Shown here piece after piece: positions 40,286 to 49,496 of a DNA stretch of 64,000 bases. Both the position numbers and the translations under genes were made by a program. The stretch comes from Actinomycetota bacterium. GTDB taxonomy: Bacteria; Actinomycetota; Acidimicrobiia; Acidimicrobiales; SZUA-35. The DNA is taken from the NCBI GenBank assembly GCA_039029735.1, contig JBCCFL010000034.1, forward strand, positions 1,890-65,889. Reading direction: 5' to 3'. Under the pieces are notes generated by a model, which made no database searches, was not told the DNA's origin, and saw only the letters and a program-made list of their open reading frames with translations. Position 1 is the first letter of the stretch, and every line of letters starts with the position of its first letter.

Positions 40286-41038
40286 CTACGAGTTGAGGAT
40301 CTCGAGGCTGCGTTCGGCCCACTCGGGCCTGCAGATGAGCAGGTCGGGCAGGTACGGATCGGCGTTGTTGTAGGTCATCGGCGACCCGTCGATCCGTGAG
40401 CAATGCAGGCCGGCAGCCTGGGCGACCGCGACCGGCGCACACGAGTCCCACTCGTACTGGCCGCCGGAGTGGGCGTAGATGTCGGCATCGCCGCGCACCA
40501 CCGCCATCGCCTTCGCCCCGGCGGAACCCATTTCGATGTACTCGGCGTCCAGCGCACGAGCCAGCTCTTGAGCGGCCGGCGGGCGTCGGGTGCGGCTCAC
40601 GATCACTCTCGGCACCGGGCCGGGCGCTGGCGGCAGCACCGGCGCCGTACCGGTGCCGAGCACGAGGTTCTCGGCCGGCAGAGCCACCGCACCGGCCACG
40701 GGCGCGCCGGCCACGACCAGGGCGATGTGGACGGCCCAGTCGACCCGGGGTGGCTCGGCGAATTCGCGAGTGCCGTCGAGAGGATCGACGATCCAGATGC
40801 GTTCGGCGCTCAGCCGCTCCACGTTGTCGGCGCCCTCTTCGGAGAGCACGGCATCGTCAGGGCGCTGCGTCGACAGCGTCTCCATGATGAGCTTGTGGGC
40901 AGCAGCGTCGCCCGCGTCCTTCAGATCCCAGTGGGCGGCTTCGTCGGCAACCATGCGGCCGCGGAGTTCGACCAGGAGCGATCCGACGGCGCCGGCAAGA
41001 TCGGCGGCGAGCGTGTGGTCTTCAGGGTGAACCGTCAC
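40286..41038 (-). CDS. cysQ: 3'(2'),5'-bisphosphate nucleotidase
   Basis: VLSEE, WIVDPLDGTREF, MGSAGAKA, GGQYEWD. Confidence 0.92.
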   Translation of the reverse strand: MTVHPEDHTLAADLAGAVGSLLVELRGRMVADEAAHWDLKDAGDAAAHKLIMETLSTQRPDDAVLSEEGADNVERLSAERIWIVDPLDGTREFAEPPRVDWAVHIALVVAGAPVAGAVALPAENLVLGTGTAPVLPPAPGPVPRVIVSRTRRPPAAQELARALDAEYIEMGSAGAKAMAVVRGDADIYAHSGGQYEWDSCAPVAVAQAAGLHCSRIDGSPMTYNNADPYLPDLLICRPEWAERSLEILNS

Positions 41039-41057
41039 TCCTGCACCCTATCCGCCG

Positions 41058-41312
41058 CTATCGAACCGGCTCCCCGTAGGGCGAGTCTGCCTTTTCGTAG
41101 CACTCCAGGTGATACTGCTCCACCCGCTGCCACACTCCGTCCTCGTAGACGTTGCAGATCACCTGCTGATCGCGGTGGCGGGCGCGGAACTTCACCCGCT
41201 CGCCGCAGTACGGGCAGTCTGCGGTACAACCCGCCTCGATCAGGCGGACCACCGCTCGACTCTCCCATGGCTCAGCGGACGCAGGCGGGGCGGCGGAGGA
41301 CGGTGACGACAT
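41058..41312 (-). CDS. Small putative zinc-binding hypothetical protein
   Basis: C-x3-CPYC ... VICNVY ... HLEC; lies between ettA and cysQ on the same strand. Confidence 0.7.
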   Translation of the reverse strand: MSSPSSAAPPASAEPWESRAVVRLIEAGCTADCPYCGERVKFRARHRDQQVICNVYEDGVWQRVEQYHLECYEKADSPYGEPVR

Positions 41313-41349
41313 GGTCTTCCATCGGCGTCGCCCGCCCGGCGTTGAGGTG

Positions 41350-43035
41350 TCAGCGCGTGAGCGGCTTGTAGCTCACCCGGGTGGGGCCAGCGTCGTCGCC
41401 GAGTTCTTCGGCCCGGAACGCCTCGTACTCCGAGAAGTTGCCCTCGAACCAGCGCACCTGCGAGTTGCCCTCGAACGACAGGATGTGGGTGGCGATGCGA
41501 TCGAGGAACCAACGGTCGTGGCTGATGACCACGGCGCACCCCGGGAATCGTTCGAGCGCATCCTCGAGGGCGCGCAGCGTGTCGACGTCGAGGTCATTGG
41601 TGGGCTCGTCGAGCAACAGCACGTTGCCGCCTCGCTTGAGCACCCGGGCGAGGTGCACCCGGTTGCGCTCACCACCCGACAACACGCCCACGTTCTTCTG
41701 CTGATCCGAACCCTTGAAGTTGAACGACGCCACGTAGGCCCGGCCGTTGATCTCGCGATCACCGACCTGTACCACGTCGTGGCCCTCGGCGATCGCCTCG
41801 TACACGCTCTGGTCGGCGTCGAGCACGTCTCGGGACTGGTCGACGTAGGCCATCTCCACGGTGGATCCGATCGTTATCGAACCCGAGTCCGGCTGCTCAC
41901 CGTCACCCTCGGCGGCGCCGACCAACATGTTGAACAGCGTTGTCTTGCCGGCGCCGTTGCCGCCGATCACACCGACGATGCCGGCGGGTGGGAGTGAGAA
42001 CGAGAGGTCCTCGATGAGGAGCTTGTCGCCGAAGCCCTTGTTGAGCCCATCGACCTCGATCACCTGATCGCCGAGGCGGGGCCCGGGCGGGATGTGGATC
42101 TGCACCTTCTCGTCGGCGGGGTCGTACTCTTCGGCTTCGGCCCGCAGCGTTTCGTACGCGCTGAGGCGGGCCTTGCCTTTGGCCTGACGAGCCTTCGGTG
42201 CCATCCGCACCCATTCGAGCTCGCGGGTGAGGGTGCGCTTGCGGGCGGCCTGGGCCCGTTCCTCGGAGCTGAGCCTCTCCTGCTTCTGGTCGAGCCAGGA
42301 GCTGTAGTTGCCCTCGAACGGGATGCCGCGGCCGCGGTCGAGTTCGAGAATCCAGCGAGCGACGTTGTCGAGGAAGTAGCGGTCGTGGGTGATGGCTACC
42401 ACGGTGCCGAGGTACTCCGAGAGGTGTCGTTCGAGCCATGCAACCGACTCGGCGTCGAGGTGGTTGGTTGGCTCGTCCAGCAGGAGCAGATCGGGCTTGG
42501 AGATGAGAAGGCGGCAGAGCGCGATCCGTCGACGTTCGCCGCCGGACAGATGCTCGACGCCACCGTCTTTCGGGGGGAGGCGCAGCGCTTCCATGGCGAT
42601 CTCGATGGTGCGCTGGAGATCCCAGGCGTTGGCCGCCTCGATCTTGTCTTCCAGTTCGGCCTGACGTATGCCGAGCTTCTCGTAGTCGGCATCGGGATCG
42701 GACCAGCCAGCGAGCACGGCGTCGTAGTCGGCGAGCAACTGCACGGTGTCGCCGGCACCGTCCATCACGTTGCCCTGCACGTCCTTCTCGGGATCGAGAA
42801 CGGGCTCCTGCTCCAGGTAGCCAACAGTGAAGCCAGGCGTGAGTCGAGCGTCGCCGGTGTACCCGTCGTCGATGCCGGCCATGACCTTCAGCAGCGACGA
42901 CTTTCCGGCTCCGTTGCCGCCCAGCACACCGATCTTGGCGCCCGGGAAGAACGACAACGTGATGTTGTCCAGCACCTGTCGGTCTGGCGGATGGAACCGG
43001 CCGACCTTGTGCATGGTGTAGATGAACTGGGCCAT
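41350..43035 (-). CDS. ettA: Energy-dependent translational throttle ABC-F ATPase
   Basis: MAQFIYTM.KV, two ABC domains (GGNGAGKS / GGNGAGKT, LSGGE), ELEWVR..PKARQAK.KARL linker. Confidence 0.96.
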   Translation of the reverse strand: MAQFIYTMHKVGRFHPPDRQVLDNITLSFFPGAKIGVLGGNGAGKSSLLKVMAGIDDGYTGDARLTPGFTVGYLEQEPVLDPEKDVQGNVMDGAGDTVQLLADYDAVLAGWSDPDADYEKLGIRQAELEDKIEAANAWDLQRTIEIAMEALRLPPKDGGVEHLSGGERRRIALCRLLISKPDLLLLDEPTNHLDAESVAWLERHLSEYLGTVVAITHDRYFLDNVARWILELDRGRGIPFEGNYSSWLDQKQERLSSEERAQAARKRTLTRELEWVRMAPKARQAKGKARLSAYETLRAEAEEYDPADEKVQIHIPPGPRLGDQVIEVDGLNKGFGDKLLIEDLSFSLPPAGIVGVIGGNGAGKTTLFNMLVGAAEGDGEQPDSGSITIGSTVEMAYVDQSRDVLDADQSVYEAIAEGHDVVQVGDREINGRAYVASFNFKGSDQQKNVGVLSGGERNRVHLARVLKRGGNVLLLDEPTNDLDVDTLRALEDALERFPGCAVVISHDRWFLDRIATHILSFEGNSQVRWFEGNFSEYEAFRAEELGDDAGPTRVSYKPLTR

Positions 43036-43097
43036 GGCTCGACGCTAGAGCCTCAGGGGCGTGGCTCCGCCCCGTCCGTTGAATTCGGTGCTGCCGA

Positions 43098-43129
43098 GAT
43101 GGGGACCGGCGCCGGTGCCGATCCCCATC
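43098..43129 (-). terminator. Stem-loop after the NYN/histone-like gene
   Basis: GATGGGGATCGGC...GCCGGTCCCCATC on the minus strand, 18 nt after the stop. Confidence 0.65.
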
Positions 43130-43147
43130 GAGGAGCAGGAACGGCGA

Positions 43148-43648
43148 TCAGGCCTTCTTGGTGGCCTTCTTCGTGGCCTTCTTGGTCGCCTTCTTCTTGG
43201 CGACGGCCTTCTTCGGCGCGGCCTTCTTGGCTGCGGCCTTCTTCGGTGCAACCTTCTTGGTCGCCTTCTTGGCGGAGGCCTTCTTGGCGCCGACGGTCTT
43301 CTTGGCTGCGGCCTTCTTCGGCGCGGCCTTCTTGGCTGCGGCCTTCTTCGGCGCGGCGGCCTTCTTCGGCGCGGCGGCCTTCTTCGGCGCAGCCTTCTTG
43401 GCGGCCTTCTTCGGTGCGGCCTTCTTGGCTGCGGCCTTCTTCGGCGCGGCCTTCTTGGCGGCGGCCTTCTTCGTGGCCTTCTTGGTGGCAGCCTTCTTCG
43501 GGGTTGCCTTCTTCTTGGCCACGGCGCGCTTCACCCGGGCAGAGGTGGTTGCGGTCGCGGCCGTCTTCTTCGCGCCAGCTGCCTTGGCAGCCGCTTTCTT
43601 GGTGGTCGCCTTCTTCTTGGCGGCCGATTTCTTGGTGGTGGTAGCCAC
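43148..43648 (-). CDS. Possible internally initiated histone-H1-like nucleoid protein (166 aa)
   Basis: GAGGAG 10 nt upstream of the in-frame GTG that begins VATTTKKSAAKKK. Confidence 0.5.
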   Translation of the reverse strand: MATTTKKSAAKKKATTKKAAAKAAGAKKTAATATTSARVKRAVAKKKATPKKAATKKATKKAAAKKAAPKKAAAKKAAPKKAAKKAAPKKAAAPKKAAAPKKAAAKKAAPKKAAAKKTVGAKKASAKKATKKVAPKKAAAKKAAPKKAVAKKKATKKATKKATKKA

Positions 43649-44725
43649 GGATGATGTGCTCCTCGTGAGATTCCGCTCTCGGGCAGAGCCGTCGGCGACG
43701 GAATCTGCGAGTTGAGCGGTTTTGGCGGGTGTACCTCGGCGACCCTGGGGTGCCGAAGGAACCTTCTCCTTGTCATTGCTTTTCTTCTTTGTGTCGCCCG
43801 TGGGGACGACACGCACCAACGAGACGTTGATGCCGCGGCGGTCGGAGTCGATCGACTCGACCTTCACGATCACGGTTTGTCCGGTGGACACAACGTCGCG
43901 AGCCCTGGAGGGGGGTGGATCACCCATGGCTCGGGACGGAAGATAACAGCGGGCCGATGCCGCTCTGAGGTAGCAGCCGTGTGATGAGAACCGCTCCACC
44001 ACGGCCTCGACGTCTTCGCCGATCGAGTAGCGACTCACGAATCGGATGAACGATCGTGCGTCGTTCAGCTCCTCGACGTTCTTGCCCGACGACTTGCGTG
44101 GCTTGGACGCTGCCTTCGAGGCCTTGGACGTCTGCTTGCGGGGCGGAGGGTTCGATGCCGACGGCTTCGGCGCTGGACCGGATGCGGCCTTGGTGGTCTT
44201 CGAGGCTTTGGTTGCTTTGGTCGCCTTGGTTCCCCGGCGACTCTTCTTCTTCGATGACCCGCGTTCGTTGGCTTCGCGTACCGCTCGTCGGCTCGTGGGG
44301 CCGCGCACGGGAACGCGATCGACGAAGATCCAGCCGACGCCGGGTATGGGCTTGCCTCCGATGAGGCGACCCTCGTCGAACAACCAGTCGTGCTCGCCGT
44401 GGAACTCCTGGAACGAATCGTTTGAGAAGACGACGGCGCTGGCCTTCTGCGCGACCTGGAGGATGAACGCATCGCCTCGACCCACCGCGCCAGCTGGAGG
44501 CGTGATGATCTCACCCGCCGACGACGCCGCTTCGAACTCAGCACGTTCCGACTCATCGATCCGATGCGCAAACGTGGCATCGACCACGACCGTCAACGAC
44601 TCGTAGTCGTACTCGGCGGAGATGGCGCGTACGGCCTCGTCGAGTTGCGCGAGGCTCGGCAGGGACCGACCCTCGGTTGCGATGTTGGAGCCGTCCACCA
44701 CAAGATGTCGCCCGCTACGTGCCAT
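43148..44725 (-). CDS. Zc3h12a/Regnase-like NYN (PIN-fold) ribonuclease + S1 domain + histone-H1-like Lys/Ala tail
   Basis: VVDGSNIA, VVVDA, GDAFILQVA, VFSNDSFQEF; S1: IGEDVEAVVERFSSHGCY...V.VKVESID.DRRGINVSL; KKAAA/KKAAP repeats. Confidence 0.85.
   Translation of the reverse strand: MARSGRHLVVDGSNIATEGRSLPSLAQLDEAVRAISAEYDYESLTVVVDATFAHRIDESERAEFEAASSAGEIITPPAGAVGRGDAFILQVAQKASAVVFSNDSFQEFHGEHDWLFDEGRLIGGKPIPGVGWIFVDRVPVRGPTSRRAVREANERGSSKKKSRRGTKATKATKASKTTKAASGPAPKPSASNPPPRKQTSKASKAASKPRKSSGKNVEELNDARSFIRFVSRYSIGEDVEAVVERFSSHGCYLRAASARCYLPSRAMGDPPPSRARDVVSTGQTVIVKVESIDSDRRGINVSLVRVVPTGDTKKKSNDKEKVPSAPQGRRGTPAKTAQLADSVADGSARERNLTRSTSSVATTTKKSAAKKKATTKKAAAKAAGAKKTAATATTSARVKRAVAKKKATPKKAATKKATKKAAAKKAAPKKAAAKKAAPKKAAKKAAPKKAAAPKKAAAPKKAAAKKAAPKKAAAKKTVGAKKASAKKATKKVAPKKAAAKKAAPKKAVAKKKATKKATKKATKKA
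43150..43640. repeat. Low-complexity 12-18-bp coding repeats (KKAA/KKAAP/KKAT)
   Basis: Recurrent ggccttctt(c/g)g units. Confidence 0.9.
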
Positions 44726-44924
44726 GCCTACCCGTTCGATCCTCTTGGCGACGCCCAGAAATCCTGGTCTCAAATCACCAGACAGATTTCGAGTCGGTCA
44801 TGCTATCCCGAATGAGAGCACAAAGGGGGATATGCCCATGCCGCACGTCGAGTAGGGTCGGCCGCGTGCAGCGCATGGATGGCCAGGAACGCGGTCGTCG
44901 TGCTCGACCAGCGAAGGAGACATC

Positions 44925-45563
44925 GTGATCAAGGCCGTGCTGTTCGACTTCGGTGGTGTCATCACGACGAGTCCCTTCGATGCGTTCGCCCGGTATGAGC
45001 GCGAGCGCGGCCTGCCCGACGGATTGATCCGATCGATCAACGCGACGAACCCCGACGACAACGCGTGGGCGAAGCTCGAGCGCAGCGATGTCGACGCCGA
45101 CGGCTTCGCCGAGCTCTTCGCCGCCGAGGCCGCCGAACGAGGGCACGACGTGAGTGGGCACGACGTGCTCGATCTGTTGGCCGGGGACATCCGCCCTCAG
45201 ATGGTTGCGGCCCTGCACCGCATCCGCGATGCAGGGTTGACTGTGGCCTGCCTCACGAACAACTTCCGACCGCGCTCCGACACGGATCGCACCGCTGGCT
45301 ACCGCAGCGAGGTCATGGCGCTGTTCCACGCCGTGGTCGAGAGTTCGGTGGTCGGGGTGCGCAAGCCGGAACCCGAGTTCTATCGCATCGCACTCGAGAC
45401 GATCGGCGCTGAGCCCGCCAACGCCGTGTTCCTCGACGACCTCGGCGTCAACCTCAAGACAGCGCGGGCCATGGGCATGACCACGATCAAGGTGGTCGAC
45501 CCCGACGAGGCGCTCCGCGAACTCGGCGCCATCATCGGGATCGATCTGGTCTCCGCGTCCTAA
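44925..45563 (+). CDS. HAD-IA family hydrolase (epoxide-hydrolase N-terminal-like)
   Basis: LFDFGGV, LTNN, RKPEP..Y, FLDDLGVNL; AAGGAG RBS. Confidence 0.92.
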   Translation: MIKAVLFDFGGVITTSPFDAFARYERERGLPDGLIRSINATNPDDNAWAKLERSDVDADGFAELFAAEAAERGHDVSGHDVLDLLAGDIRPQMVAALHRIRDAGLTVACLTNNFRPRSDTDRTAGYRSEVMALFHAVVESSVVGVRKPEPEFYRIALETIGAEPANAVFLDDLGVNLKTARAMGMTTIKVVDPDEALRELGAIIGIDLVSAS

Positions 45564-45635
45564 CGCCGGTCGTCCGGAGGACGACCTTACGGCCGTTCGC
45601 GGGGGCGAACGGCGTGGCTGTCGCGCTCGTGTGGG

Positions 45636-48600
45636 TTATGACGGTGCGCCGAGAACGCCGAAGGCGCGGTTGAGGAGGTCCTCCTGCTCCTGCGCGTGGA
45701 TCGCAGCCGAACCGGTGGCCGGGCTGCCTGACTCGGTCCGGCTCACCCGTCGGATCTGGTGAGTGAACTCGAAGGCCTCGTAGAGGCGCCCCTTCACCGC
45801 GTTCCACGGGCCCATGTTCTCGGGCTCCTCCTGCAGCCACACGATCTCGGTGGCGTTGGGGTAGCGGCCGACCGCATTGGACACTGCGTCGTAGGGCCAG
45901 GGGTAGAGCTGCTCCACGCGCACGACGGCGGCCGCCATCGCCCCGAGTTCGCTGCGCCGGGCGAAGGCCTCCTGGGCCACCTTGCCCGAGGCGAGGATCA
46001 CCCGCTTGACCCGTGACGGATCCTCGATGCCGGGGTCGTCCAGTACCTCCTGGAACGAGCCCGAGGTCAAGGCGTCGATCGGCGAACGGGTGGTCTTGGC
46101 CCGGAGCCCCGACTTCGGAGTGAACACCACCAGAGGCTTGCGCACCGTGCGCATCATCTGCCGGCGGATGAGGTGGAAGAACTGGGCGGCGGTGGTCACG
46201 TTCGCCACCTGGATGTTGTCCTCGGCGCAGAGCAGGAGGAACCGTTCGAGCCGGCCCGACGAGTGCTCGGGGCCTTGCCCCTCGAAGCCGTGGGGAAGGA
46301 GCAGCACCAGCCCGGTGGTCTCCTTCCACTTGTCTTCGGCGGCGACGAGGTACTGGTCGATGATGATCTGTGCGCCGTTGATGAAGTCGCCGAACTGGGC
46401 CTCCCAGATCGTGAGCACGTCCGGCTTCGCCAACGAGTAGCCGTACTCGAAGCCGAGCCCGGCGTACTCCGAGAGCGTGGAGTCGTAGATCCAGAACTCG
46501 GTGTCGACCGGCCCGAGTTGCGACAGCGGCGTGTACTCCTCGCCGGTCACGTGGTCGTGGAGGGTGGCGTGGCGATGGGCGAAGGTGCCACGGCGGGTGT
46601 CCTGGCCGGCCATGCGCACGCTCGTTCCCTGATCGAGGAACGAGCCGATCGCAAATGCCTCGGCCAGTGCCCAGTCGACCTCGCCGGCTTCCCACATCTT
46701 GTGCCTGTTGTCGAACTGCCGGGCCAGCTTCGGGTGCACCGTGAAGCCCTCGGGAACGACGGTGAGCGCGTTGTACACCCGGTCGAGCACCTGGCGGCTC
46801 ACGCCGGTTTCGATGTGGGGGAGCACACCGGTGGCCGGAGGCGACGGCTTGGCCCGGAGCCCGGCCGGCGGCGCCTCCTGGCGAGTTTCGTCGAGGGCCT
46901 TCTGCTGCAGGTCCTCGAAGTAGGAGTAGGCCCGCTGGGCGTCCTCGACCGAGATCTCGCCCCGGTCGACGAGGTTCTGGATGTACTGCTCGCGCACGGG
47001 GGCCCGCGCACGGATCTTGCCGTACATGATCGGCTGGGTGTAGCTCGGGTCGTCGCCCTCGTTGTGGCCGAACCGGCGGTAGCCGATCATGTCGATCACG
47101 ACGTCTTTGTTGAACTTCTGGCGGAAGTCGAACGCGAGGTGAGCCACGCGCACGCACGCTTCGGGGTCGTCGGCGTTCACGTGGAAGATCGGGGCCTGCA
47201 CGGTTTTGGCCACGTCGGTGGAGTACTCCGAGGACCGTGACTGGTGCGGGGCCGTGGTGTAGCCGAGCTGGTTGTTGATGATGAGGTGGATCGTGCCGCC
47301 CACCTTGTACCCCCGGACCTGGCTGAGGTTCAGGGTCTCGGTGACCACACCCTGGCCGGCGAAGGCGGCGTCGCCGTGGATCAGGATGGGCAGGATCGGG
47401 TAGTCACCACGATCGCTGTGGTCCATGTAGGCCCGGGCCATGCCGACCACCACGGGGTCGACCGCTTCGAGGTGTGACGGGTTCGCGGCGAGCTCGATGT
47501 CGATGGCATTGCCGTCGGGGCTGGCGTGCTTGCTCTCGAAGCCGAGGTGGTACTTCACATCGCCCGAGCCCTGGATGTCGTTCTCGTCCACCGTGCCCTC
47601 GAACTCGCTGAAGAGGTCGCGGTAACGCTTGCCCAAGATGTTGACGAGCACGTTGAGCCGACCACGGTGGGCCATGCCGAGGATGGCCCGCTCCATCTGG
47701 GCGTCGGCCGCAGCGGAGAGAATCGCGTCGAGCGTCGGGATGGCGCTCTCGCCTCCTTCGAGGCCGAAGCGCTTCTGGCCGACGTAGCGGGTGGCGAGGA
47801 ACTTCTCGAGACCTTCGGCTGCGCTCAGCCGCTCGAGGATGTGGTTGTGGGCCTCCTCGTCGAGCGAGAACTGGGCGCCTTCCATCTGCTCCTGGATCCA
47901 GCGCTTCTCGGCCGGATTGGCGATGTGCATGTACTCGATGCCGATCGTGCGGGCGTAGGCGTCGCGCAACAGGCCCAAGATGTCGCCAAGCTTGAGCTTC
48001 TTGGCCTCGCCTCCCAGCGCGGCGTAGATCCCGTCGCGGGTGCCGGTGAGGAACTCCCGATCGAGATCCCAGATCGTCAGGCCGTAGGTGGCCGGGTCGA
48101 GCTCGGTGTGTTCCTTCCAGTCACCGTCCTTGAGGGGGTTGGTGTTGGCGATGAGGTGGCCCCGCACGCGGTACTGGTTGATGAGGGTGCTCACCGCCAT
48201 CTGCTTGGCGATGGCCCCGTCGCCCGAGCCGTCGTCGTCGGTCACCCCGTGATCGGTGTTCCAGTGCACCGCCACGTAGGGCACACCGACGTCGCGGAAC
48301 GCCTCGTCGTAGAACTCGTCCTCGCCGATCAGCAGCTCATGCACCTTCTTCAGGAACAGGCCGGACTCGGCGCCCTGAATGATGCGATGGTCGTAGGTGG
48401 AGGTGATGGCGATCACCTTCGAGATGCCGAGCTGGGCCACCACCCGGGGATCGGCCGCCTGGTACTCGGCCGGGTAGTTGATGGCGCCAACGCCGATGAT
48501 GGCGCCCTGGCCTGGCATGAGCCGTGGCACCGACTGCACGGTGCCGATCGTGCCCGGGTTGGTGAGCGTGACCGTGGCACCGGTCATGTCGTCGACCGTG

Positions 48601-49427
48601 AGCTTGTTGTCGCGCACCTTGGCGATCAGGGCCTCGTAGGCCTCGACGAACTCGGAGAAGTCCATCTTGTCGGCGGCCTTGACCACGGGAACGACGAGTG
48701 AGCGCGACCCATCGGACTTCTGCTGGTCCACCGCGATGCCGAGGTTGACGTCGTCATTGCGCACGAGGCGCGGCTTGCCGTCGGCCCCGGTGGTGAACGT
48801 GTTGTTGAGTGCCGGCACCTCGTTGGCGATGGCCTTCACCACGGCGTGGCCGATGATGTGGGTGAAGCTCACCTTGCCGCCGCGCACGCGCTTGAGGTGA
48901 TTGTTGAGAACCCGCCGGTTCACCTCGAGCAGCTTGGCTGGAACCTCACGGAAACTGGTGGCCGTCGGCACACCGAGGCTGGCCTCCATATTGGTGACGA
49001 TTCGGGCCCCGACGCCCCGAATCGGTTCACCCGGCTCGGCCGGTGGCTCTGTTGGTGTCGCAGCCGGAGCGGGAGCCGCAGCTGCCTGGGCTGGTGCGGG
49101 CGCCGCTGCTGCTGGCGCAGGCGCGCCGTTGGTGTCGGCGGGCGTGACGGGCGCAGGGGCCGGTGCTGGTGCCGGCGCCAGGCTCGAGGCCACTGCCGGT
49201 GGCGGCTCCGCGGCGGGAGCTGCCGGGGCGGGCTCGATGGGCTTGCGGCGCTCCACCATTGGCTCGGGAGCCGCAGCAGCAGGCTCGGCGGCGCCTGCCT
49301 CGTGGCGGGCAAACACCTCCTGCCACTCCTGGGGCACGGACTGGGGATCGCCCCGGTACTGCTCGAGTAGCTCGTCGAACAGCCAGGAATTGGGTCCGGC
49401 AGCGGCGGGGCCATGGTTCGGGTTCAC
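45636..49427 (-). CDS. kgd: Multifunctional 2-oxoglutarate decarboxylase/dehydrogenase (E2-like + E1)
   Basis: GPNSWL...Y..DP.SV..W, TNPGTIGT..SVPRL, TSTYDHRIIQGA, GMAHRGRLN, HGDAAFAGQG, WEAQFGDF. Confidence 0.96.
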   Translation of the reverse strand: MNPNHGPAAAGPNSWLFDELLEQYRGDPQSVPQEWQEVFARHEAGAAEPAAAAPEPMVERRKPIEPAPAAPAAEPPPAVASSLAPAPAPAPAPVTPADTNGAPAPAAAAPAPAQAAAAPAPAATPTEPPAEPGEPIRGVGARIVTNMEASLGVPTATSFREVPAKLLEVNRRVLNNHLKRVRGGKVSFTHIIGHAVVKAIANEVPALNNTFTTGADGKPRLVRNDDVNLGIAVDQQKSDGSRSLVVPVVKAADKMDFSEFVEAYEALIAKVRDNKLTVDDMTGATVTLTNPGTIGTVQSVPRLMPGQGAIIGVGAINYPAEYQAADPRVVAQLGISKVIAITSTYDHRIIQGAESGLFLKKVHELLIGEDEFYDEAFRDVGVPYVAVHWNTDHGVTDDDGSGDGAIAKQMAVSTLINQYRVRGHLIANTNPLKDGDWKEHTELDPATYGLTIWDLDREFLTGTRDGIYAALGGEAKKLKLGDILGLLRDAYARTIGIEYMHIANPAEKRWIQEQMEGAQFSLDEEAHNHILERLSAAEGLEKFLATRYVGQKRFGLEGGESAIPTLDAILSAAADAQMERAILGMAHRGRLNVLVNILGKRYRDLFSEFEGTVDENDIQGSGDVKYHLGFESKHASPDGNAIDIELAANPSHLEAVDPVVVGMARAYMDHSDRGDYPILPILIHGDAAFAGQGVVTETLNLSQVRGYKVGGTIHLIINNQLGYTTAPHQSRSSEYSTDVAKTVQAPIFHVNADDPEACVRVAHLAFDFRQKFNKDVVIDMIGYRRFGHNEGDDPSYTQPIMYGKIRARAPVREQYIQNLVDRGEISVEDAQRAYSYFEDLQQKALDETRQEAPPAGLRAKPSPPATGVLPHIETGVSRQVLDRVYNALTVVPEGFTVHPKLARQFDNRHKMWEAGEVDWALAEAFAIGSFLDQGTSVRMAGQDTRRGTFAHRHATLHDHVTGEEYTPLSQLGPVDTEFWIYDSTLSEYAGLGFEYGYSLAKPDVLTIWEAQFGDFINGAQIIIDQYLVAAEDKWKETTGLVLLLPHGFEGQGPEHSSGRLERFLLLCAEDNIQVANVTTAAQFFHLIRRQMMRTVRKPLVVFTPKSGLRAKTTRSPIDALTSGSFQEVLDDPGIEDPSRVKRVILASGKVAQEAFARRSELGAMAAAVVRVEQLYPWPYDAVSNAVGRYPNATEIVWLQEEPENMGPWNAVKGRLYEAFEFTHQIRRVSRTESGSPATGSAAIHAQEQEDLLNRAFGVLGAPS

Positions 49428-49496
49428 AGTCGCGAGCCTAGTTCGCCGACGCGACCCCCGGAGCAGCCACGTTCGCCGCAGCGAGGCGGAATCGGG

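Noticed and set aside
43150-43640. CRISPR-like repeat array
   Set aside because: The repeats are short, degenerate, codon-phased and have no unique spacers; they encode KKAA peptides and no cas genes are present.
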